Source: Candidatus Poribacteria bacterium (GTDB lineage: Bacteria > Poribacteria > WGA-4E > WGA-3G). Taken from it: a stretch of 64,000 bases of DNA. The translations under genes and the position numbers were made by a program. Location of the stretch: NCBI GenBank assembly GCA_963665235.2, contig CAXXLX010000001.1, positions 2,176,001-2,240,000 on the forward strand, read 5' to 3'. Below, one piece after another: positions 57,367-64,000 of this stretch. Positions within the stretch are counted from its first letter, which is position 1, and each line of letters starts with the position of its first letter. The notes beneath the pieces are model-generated. The model saw only the letters and a program-made list of their open reading frames with translations, made no database searches and was not told the origin of the DNA.

Positions 57367-58326
57367 ATGAAGCTTAAAATACTGATACCGATTATTATCA
57401 TTGTCATTGTAGTAATCCCGGTTGCTGCGACTATGTTTTACACCGTGCATGAAGGTGAGCAGGTAGTCCTTACCGAATTCGGCCGGCCTGTGGGAGAACC
57501 GACTGTAACCGCGGGTTTAAAGGTAAAGACCCCTTTTATTCAACAGGTACATCGCTTTGAGAAGCGCGTTCTTGAATGGGATGGATCGCCAAACCAAATT
57601 CCGACGAAGGACAAAAAATTTATCTGGTTGGATACAACCGCTCGGTGGCGGATTAAAGATGCCCTCAAATTCTATCAGGCACTCGGCACAGAGGAACTTG
57701 CACAATCCCGCCTTGATGATATCATAGATTCCGCAGCACGAGATTTGGTGACAGCACAACTCTTGATTGAAGTCGTGCGAGATTCAAATCGGGTGCTAAG
57801 TGTTGATACGGAAATCCTCGAAGATGAGGAGGGACAAACTGGCGAACCGTTGGAGGAAATCCAGATTGGCAGAGAGCGAATCACACAGATGATACGGGAA
57901 AAGGTTCAGAAAACTGTGCCGCAATTTGGCATTGAGCTCGTTGATATTCAGATTAAACGTATTAACTATGTAGACGAGGTGCGTGAGAAGGTCTTTACTC
58001 GTATGATTTCGGAACGTCAACGTATCTCCGAAAAGTATAAATCCGAGGGCGAAGGCGAGGCGGCTAAAATCATGGGGCAGAAGCAGAAGGAGTTAGAGCG
58101 CATCAAATCGGAAGCCTATAAAGAGACGGAACAGATTAAGGGTGATGCTGATGCACAGGCGATACAGATTTATGCGGGCGCACACGGAAAAGACCCCGAG
58201 TTTTTTGCCTTTCTTCAAACGTTGGAAACCTATCGTCAAACGGCAAATGCAAGCACGAAGTTGATTTTGACAACGGATAGCGATTTCTATAAATATCTGA
58301 AAGAGAGTCAATTGCTTGCACGTTAA
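57367..58326 (+). CDS. hflC: FtsH modulator HflC
   Basis: SPFH domain, TKDKK, RMISER, DPEFFAF..TLE.Y. Confidence 0.93.
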   Translation: MKLKILIPIIIIVIVVIPVAATMFYTVHEGEQVVLTEFGRPVGEPTVTAGLKVKTPFIQQVHRFEKRVLEWDGSPNQIPTKDKKFIWLDTTARWRIKDALKFYQALGTEELAQSRLDDIIDSAARDLVTAQLLIEVVRDSNRVLSVDTEILEDEEGQTGEPLEEIQIGRERITQMIREKVQKTVPQFGIELVDIQIKRINYVDEVREKVFTRMISERQRISEKYKSEGEGEAAKIMGQKQKELERIKSEAYKETEQIKGDADAQAIQIYAGAHGKDPEFFAFLQTLETYRQTANASTKLILTTDSDFYKYLKESQLLAR

Positions 58327-58383
58327 TAAAAATGGGAGCTGTGGTATAATTGTTACCAACACACTTGAATTGGAGGATACGGA

Positions 58384-59751
58384 TTGTTAAAAGTATCAAA
58401 ATTTGGTGGCAGTTCTCTTGCAACGGGAGAACAGGTTCGCCAGGTTTGCGACATTATCACCGCCGATCCGGCGCGACGGTTAATTGTGGTGTCGGCCCCC
58501 GGACGACGGCACAGCCAAGATATTAAAGTGACCGACCTGCTGATTGCAGCGGCATCGGAGCGATTGATGGGAAAAATCGGGGCATCGGAATGTGCTGAGG
58601 TGATTGAACGTTACCGGAATATCGCCTCCGAATTGGAACTCCCCGCCGAAGTTGTTGAACCTATCGCTAACGACTTGACACAACGTCTTGAAAACAGTAC
58701 TGCTGATGCGGACCTCTATATGGATACGATGAAGGCGGGCGGCGAAGACAATTGTGCGCGTCTCATTGCACAAGTCCTACAAGCACGCGGTATAGAAGCA
58801 CACTACATAAATCCGAAGGACGCGGGTATGCTTCTCTCTGACGAGCCGGGCAATGCACAAGTGCTCCCGGAGGCATATAACCGCTTGCGAAATCTAACCG
58901 ACCGTCCGGGTATCACGATTTTCCCTGGATTCTTCGGGTATTCCAAAGAGGGGCACGTTGTAACCTTTTCGCGTGGCGGGTCGGACATTACGGGAGCTAT
59001 TCTTGCAAGCGCGGTTCGCGCAGAGGTCTATGAAAATTTCACAGATGTAGACTCCGTGTTTGCTGCGAATCCATCTATTGTGTCTAATCCTGCCCCGATT
59101 TCGGAGTTAACCTACCGTGAGATGCGGGAGCTCTCCTATGCCGGGTTTTCAGTATTTCACGATGAGGCACTTGAACCTGTTTACCGTGCTGAAGTTCCGG
59201 TCCACATCCGAAATACGAACAACCTAGACGCTGCTGGTACTCTGATTGTTCCACACTGTACCTCACGTGAAATACCGGTTGTCGGTATCGCTGCCATGAG
59301 TAATGTCTGTTGTGTATACGTTAGCAAATACCTGATGAACCGGCAGATAGGGTTCGGTAGACGGTTGTTGCAGGTTTTAGAGGGTGAAGATATTTCGTTT
59401 GAGCATGTGCCATCTGGTATAGACAATATGTCTGTGATTCTTCGCGAAGAAAACCTATCTGCCGAAAAAGAGAAGCGGGTCGTTGAAAAGATTCGGCAAA
59501 CACTCGCGCCAGAAGATGTTTTTGTGGAGCGTGGGTTATCTCTCATCATGGTTGTCGGGGAAGGCATGCGGCACACCGTCGGTATCGCCTCCCGCGCGAC
59601 CGGCGCATTGGCAGGAGCACAGGTGAATATAGAGATGATTAATCAGGGGTCCAATGAGGTCAGTATGATGTTCGGGGTAAAATCAACAGATATGGCTGCT
59701 GCTGTTCAAGCCCTCTATGAGGAATTTTTCAATGGTAATAGTAACGGTTGA
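58384..59751 (+). CDS. lysC: Aspartate kinase
   Basis: KFGGSS, VVSAPG, TFSRGGSDITG, two ACT domains; closest in style to the YclM/AKIII type. Confidence 0.9.
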   Translation: MLKVSKFGGSSLATGEQVRQVCDIITADPARRLIVVSAPGRRHSQDIKVTDLLIAAASERLMGKIGASECAEVIERYRNIASELELPAEVVEPIANDLTQRLENSTADADLYMDTMKAGGEDNCARLIAQVLQARGIEAHYINPKDAGMLLSDEPGNAQVLPEAYNRLRNLTDRPGITIFPGFFGYSKEGHVVTFSRGGSDITGAILASAVRAEVYENFTDVDSVFAANPSIVSNPAPISELTYREMRELSYAGFSVFHDEALEPVYRAEVPVHIRNTNNLDAAGTLIVPHCTSREIPVVGIAAMSNVCCVYVSKYLMNRQIGFGRRLLQVLEGEDISFEHVPSGIDNMSVILREENLSAEKEKRVVEKIRQTLAPEDVFVERGLSLIMVVGEGMRHTVGIASRATGALAGAQVNIEMINQGSNEVSMMFGVKSTDMAAAVQALYEEFFNGNSNG

Positions 59752-60559
59752 ACGGAATGAATTGGCTGCTGGCAAACTCACAGAAACGCACCTTATAAAA
59801 GCTGTTGAGGCGATTCGTGTTGATGGATGTGTTGTTTTAGAGAACGTTATCAATCATGACCATCTGGATATTCTGCGCGAGCGGATGGATGCAGATTCGC
59901 AAAAGCTGATTAAAGCAAAGAAATGGGGCGGAGCAGGTGGACTCAAGGGGCACCTTCAGCAGGGACCGCCGCCGTTTGCCCCGTATATCTTCAGCGACAT
60001 CGTGGCAAACCCGTATATCGTGCAGGTAACACGAGAGCTGCTCGGTCCTGGCGTTTACAATAATTTCTATAACGGCAATACGAACTGCCCCGGTAGTGAA
60101 ACACAACCGCTCCATAGAGATGGCGACCATCTTTGGTTAAATCAGGAGATAGCACATCCGACAGCACAGGTGGTGGTCAATATTTCACCGCAGGATACAA
60201 CGGAGGAGAACGGCAGTGTGGAGCTGTGGCCGGGGTCACATCTATATGTCAGCGGCCGACAAATAGATGCAGAGCATGAAGCGGAACGGCGCAAAATCGC
60301 ACCGCCTATTCGGGGGAATGCGAAAAAGGGAAGCGTGCTCATCCGAGACATACGACTCTGGCACCGAGGGGTACCCAACTTGTCCGACAAACCGCGCCAC
60401 ATGATAGCGATGATTCATCGCATCCGATGGCTCCGCTCGAACAGACGTTTGAAATACCGAACCGGATGTGAAGCCGCTTTTGAAAATAGTGACCTCGACC
60501 ATAACGCTGAGTTCGTTGACGATAAGCTGGACGATTATCTCTTCAACCCGAAATTCTGA
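59732..60559 (+). CDS. PhyH-family 2OG/Fe(II) dioxygenase
   Basis: DGCVVLEN, QPLHRD, NGSVELWPGSH, RLWHRG..N.S..PR. Confidence 0.88.
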   Translation: MVIVTVERNELAAGKLTETHLIKAVEAIRVDGCVVLENVINHDHLDILRERMDADSQKLIKAKKWGGAGGLKGHLQQGPPPFAPYIFSDIVANPYIVQVTRELLGPGVYNNFYNGNTNCPGSETQPLHRDGDHLWLNQEIAHPTAQVVVNISPQDTTEENGSVELWPGSHLYVSGRQIDAEHEAERRKIAPPIRGNAKKGSVLIRDIRLWHRGVPNLSDKPRHMIAMIHRIRWLRSNRRLKYRTGCEAAFENSDLDHNAEFVDDKLDDYLFNPKF

Positions 60560-60638
60560 TTTTCATGACCCTTTTCCGAATCGAAGAAACTGCTCGGTAC
60601 AACGCTACTGCCGAGGATTTTTAAGGAAAACGCCCCTT

Positions 60639-61475
60639 ATGCATTCTAAAACCGAATGGCTTCCAGTGGAGCCTGACCTCAAGACAGCTTGTGAAATCTA
60701 TAGTGACCCGATTTACGCGCTCTCTCAAGCAGAGATGCCAGCTATCATTCTGCGAGGTGCCTATTCACCTACGCACTGCCAAAGCCTCATCGGGCGGTTC
60801 ACAAATATGGGGCTGATGCGTGATGAAGCGGATATCAACTCTGCTGATAAACGCACCCGTATTGACATCGGTACAAGCCTCGGCAATCGCGGGGCTGATA
60901 AACAACGTTTTTTCGCACACGCTGCAGCGACACATCACCTTTTCCAATACCTCTTTGATGGATATGATAACCCGGTTGACCTCATTTATGAATCCCTTGC
61001 AGCATTAGCACCGGGAAAAGAGGTAAAGGTGGCACATGAACCTGATGGTGCACAGTACGGGCCTGCCATTTTTCGGGTCCACTACGAAACACATAGCTAT
61101 AAACCTCACATCGATCATGTTAAATACCGGGAGCGCCGTACCGATTACACGGTTTACCGCTTTGAACATCAGTTTGCGGGGGTGTTGTGTTTCCAAAATG
61201 CTGATGAAACCGGTAAAGGTACACAAGCTATTCTGCATCGGTGCCTCTGGTCCGAGGAGATTCAACCGCATATCGCAGCCGAAACATTTGACCAATATGC
61301 CGCTGAGAACGAGATAGAAAACTATCAAGTTGATTTGCAACAGGGCGACCTCTATTTTTTCAACACCCGATGTATCCATGAGGTGCCGCCTGTTCAAGGC
61401 ACGCGGGCGCGAATTGTGTTGGCAGTTTTTATCGGTTATTCCCCGGACGATGATGAGATTTTCGTTTGGTCATAA
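60639..61475 (+). CDS. 2OG-Fe(II) oxygenase superfamily protein
   Basis: PHID (HxD), GDLYFFN...IHEV, R.VLA.F; ATG 60639 after AAGGA. Confidence 0.8.
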   Translation: MHSKTEWLPVEPDLKTACEIYSDPIYALSQAEMPAIILRGAYSPTHCQSLIGRFTNMGLMRDEADINSADKRTRIDIGTSLGNRGADKQRFFAHAAATHHLFQYLFDGYDNPVDLIYESLAALAPGKEVKVAHEPDGAQYGPAIFRVHYETHSYKPHIDHVKYRERRTDYTVYRFEHQFAGVLCFQNADETGKGTQAILHRCLWSEEIQPHIAAETFDQYAAENEIENYQVDLQQGDLYFFNTRCIHEVPPVQGTRARIVLAVFIGYSPDDDEIFVWS

Positions 61476-61639
61476 GTTCGCCTGATGCTATAAATTCTGT
61501 AGTTTTGATTTTCTACAATAGGCCCTCTGCTGTCGGCCTGCTCTCTCTCGCGAGCTTACACCTTTTTTCGATGGAAAAGAATTCACTGTGCTGAGCATCA
61601 TCTAATAGTCAGTGTCTGTAAGCCCAACCAACGGGCGGG

Positions 61640-61710
61640 CTGGATATACGGAGGTATCCGTTTTTTCCTAAATATTCCCTCACCGAACCGCAAGGAAATC
61701 TTAAAAATTG
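61640..61710 (+). repeat. 71-bp direct repeat, copy A
   Basis: 65/71 identical to 62730-62800. Confidence 0.85.
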
Positions 61711-61774
61711 AAAAGTTAACACATTTCGTGTATAATGTTAGATAAACAGATGTCTATTCACGAAAGGGGATAAA

Positions 61775-62674
61775 GTGCCTGTAACTGACACTATTTCTAA
61801 AAGACATGTTCTGAGAAACCCAGATGATTTTGCGAACCTTTGTTTCGATGGAAAAGAATTCACTGTGCTGGACATCATCACGCCTGAACAACCCACGTTT
61901 GAGATGTATCAGGGAGATGTGCTTATCAAAGTGGAAGTTGATGGCAGAGAGGCATTGCTGCATATTGAATTTCAGACCGCAGACAGCTATAATCCGCGTA
62001 TGCCTGTAAGGATGGCAGGTTACATTATTCAGATAGTCGAGACATATCAGTTGCCTGTGTATTCTTATGTCATCTATATTCGTCCGGATGTGGGTGAAAA
62101 TGACCCGGGGTCTTTTGTGCAAGGTTTTGGGAATCACCGGGTTTTGATAGAGTATCAGGTGATTCGTCTGATAAAGATGGATGGTCAGGCGGTATTGGAT
62201 TCGAATGCGGTCGGGTTGCTTCCGTTTACGCCGTTGATGGCGCGTCCTGCGGGTGTAGATGCAGAGGCGTGGTTTCGGCGATGTGTTCGTGCTGCGGCAC
62301 GCGCAGATGTTCCTAACACCTCTGAGTATATCGCGAGCATGGCTATTTTAGGCAATTTAGTTTATGATACGCAGATGATTTTAACTATTGTATCGGAGGA
62401 GACGATGTACGAATTAGATATTATCCGACACCTAACAGAGGAAGCTGCAGCGGAAGCACGTCAGCAAGGTAGGGAACAGGGCGAAAAGGAACGTTCGCGT
62501 AAATACATCTTTGAGGTGCTAACTTCTCGTTTGCAACCTGATGCTGCCAGCCGCTTTAAGCCCGTATTGGAGCAGATTGACGACTTGCAGCAGCTTGATA
62601 CACTGCTTCGCGCTGCGGCGTTGGCGGACACGCCCAAAGACTTCGAACGGGTTTTAGAAGAGAATGGGAATTGA
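61775..62674 (+). CDS. Rpn/YhgA-like PD-(D/E)XK nuclease (RpnL)
   Basis: GDVLI...LHIEFQT, MPVRM..Y, GLLPFTPLM, QGREQG; paralog of 36606-37517. Confidence 0.85.
   Translation: MPVTDTISKRHVLRNPDDFANLCFDGKEFTVLDIITPEQPTFEMYQGDVLIKVEVDGREALLHIEFQTADSYNPRMPVRMAGYIIQIVETYQLPVYSYVIYIRPDVGENDPGSFVQGFGNHRVLIEYQVIRLIKMDGQAVLDSNAVGLLPFTPLMARPAGVDAEAWFRRCVRAAARADVPNTSEYIASMAILGNLVYDTQMILTIVSEETMYELDIIRHLTEEAAAEARQQGREQGEKERSRKYIFEVLTSRLQPDAASRFKPVLEQIDDLQQLDTLLRAAALADTPKDFERVLEENGN
62405..62674 (+). CDS. Putative internally translated small C-terminal protein (RpnS-like, 89 aa)
   Basis: In-frame GGAGG-AGACG-ATG (SD 62395-62399). Confidence 0.55.
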   Translation: MYELDIIRHLTEEAAAEARQQGREQGEKERSRKYIFEVLTSRLQPDAASRFKPVLEQIDDLQQLDTLLRAAALADTPKDFERVLEENGN

Positions 62675-62729
62675 ATAGCAATCTCCACTCTTAGCAAGCC
62701 GGGAGCAGTTGATAAAACACCTCGCCGGT

Positions 62730-62800
62730 CTGGCTATACGGAGGTATCCGTTTTTTCCTAAATATCCCCTAAACGAACCGCAAGGAAATATTAAAAAATG
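62730..62800 (+). repeat. 71-bp direct repeat, copy B (supplies RBS and ATG of the next gene)
   Basis: Ends AAGGAAATATTAAAAAATG. Confidence 0.85.
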
Positions 62801-64000
62801 CAAAAGACACTATTTTCCATATTTTTGACGTTATTTCTAATTTCGACTGTCCATCTCCCGAATAGTTTTGGGCAAGGAGACATGCAATTCAGTTTACCGG
62901 AGGATGCCAAAGCGCGTCTAGGTAAAGGTTGGATAAATGAGATTCAATATTCACCGGACGGTAGCCGTTTAGCGGTTGCAAGTTCCATCGGTATTTGGTT
63001 GTATACTACAACCCCTTATCAGGAAATAGCCTTGCTTACTGAACATACAAGCTGGGTGACTAGCATTGGGTTCAGCAAGACTGGAACCCTTGCGGGTGGT
63101 GGTTCGGATGGCACTATCCGCCTCTGGGACACCGCCACGGGTGAATATCAGCAGACGCTGACAGGGCATACGGATATTGTCAGGAGCGTAGCGTTCAGTC
63201 CGGATGGCAGCACGGTTGCCAGTGGGAGTGACGATGGCACTATCCGCCTCTATAGTACTATGTCTGGTCAGTCTCAGGAGCCACTCATCGGCCATACAGA
63301 CGTTATTAGGAGCGTAGCGTTCAGTCCGGATGGCAGCACGGTTGCCAGTGGGAGTGACGATGGCACTATCCGCCTCTGGGACGCTGTCTCTGGTGTCCAT
63401 CAACAGTCGTTCACTGGGCATTCGGGCGCGGTGTACAGTGTTACGTTCGATGCGAACGGTAGCACGGTTGCGAGCGCGAGTGTAGACGGCACAGTCCGTC
63501 TCTGGGAAGTCGCCTTTGGGCGACAAAAACAGGTGCTCTCTGGACATACGGATGCTGTCTTGAGCGTCGCGTACAATGCGAGTGGGGGTACGCTTGCGAG
63601 CGGGGGGGCAGATGGCACCGTCCGTCTCTGGGATGCTGTCTTCGGCGGTGAAAAGCAGACGCTCAGGGGACATACAGGTTATGTCTTGAGTGTTGCATTC
63701 AATGCGAGTGGGGGTACGCTTGCGAGCGGGAGTGTAGATGGCACTATCCGTCTCTGGGATGCTGTCTTCGGCGGTGAAAGGCAGACACTGACAGGGTATA
63801 CAGATTATGTCTTAGGCATTGCATTCAGCGGGAGTGGCGGCACGCTTGCAAGTGCAAGCACAGACAATACAGTGAATCTGTGGAATGCTATCTCCGGTCA
63901 GTACCAGCAAAAACTCACAGGCCATACAAATTGGGTTTGGCACGCTGTTTTCAGCCCGGATGGGCAAATGCTTGCAACCGGTTCAAGCGATAGCACTATC
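62798..64000 (+). CDS. Secreted WD40-repeat protein, 3'-truncated by the window (absent from the ORF track)
   Basis: MQKTLFSIFLTLFLISTVHLPNSFGQ...LPEDAKARLGKGWINEIQYSPDGSRLAVASSIGIWLY followed by GH....SVAFSPDG..ASGS.DGT.RLWD repeats. Confidence 0.9.
   Translation, partial: MQKTLFSIFLTLFLISTVHLPNSFGQGDMQFSLPEDAKARLGKGWINEIQYSPDGSRLAVASSIGIWLYTTTPYQEIALLTEHTSWVTSIGFSKTGTLAGGGSDGTIRLWDTATGEYQQTLTGHTDIVRSVAFSPDGSTVASGSDDGTIRLYSTMSGQSQEPLIGHTDVIRSVAFSPDGSTVASGSDDGTIRLWDAVSGVHQQSFTGHSGAVYSVTFDANGSTVASASVDGTVRLWEVAFGRQKQVLSGHTDAVLSVAYNASGGTLASGGADGTVRLWDAVFGGEKQTLRGHTGYVLSVAFNASGGTLASGSVDGTIRLWDAVFGGERQTLTGYTDYVLGIAFSGSGGTLASASTDNTVNLWNAISGQYQQKLTGHTNWVWHAVFSPDGQMLATGSSDSTI

Noticed and set aside
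62969-63673. 234-aa minus-strand ORF
   Set aside because: Antisense shadow of the plus-strand WD40 gene starting at 62798.

Overview
Bacterial chromosomal window. The gene content (several WD40 beta-propeller and TPR proteins, three Cys-type sulfatases, four PhyH/2OG-Fe(II) dioxygenases, Rpn-like nucleases) resembles sponge-symbiont Candidatus Poribacteria; this is an inference from content only. 1-25 kb is accessory catabolic and repeat-protein territory. About 25-33 kb is an island-like block on the minus strand: a secreted unknown protein, an IS701/IS4-like element, a membrane-anchored unknown protein, a GspC-like protein, and an STT3/AglB-like oligosaccharyltransferase with a non-canonical HWTYG motif and a frameshift in a T7 run. 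An IS982 remnant and a MITE border this block. 33-60 kb is mostly core genes (accA, dprA, cysS, ispF, ispD, PIN/TRAM, radA, mlaDFE, dnaB, rplI, rpsR, ssb, rpsF with S6:S18 leader, hflKC, aspartate kinase). Two Rpn-family genes each carry an internal GGAGG-N5-ATG that would produce a ~90-aa C-terminal protein, a candidate intragenic antitoxin. One of them lies between 71-bp direct repeats. No rRNA, tRNA or CRISPR array was seen.
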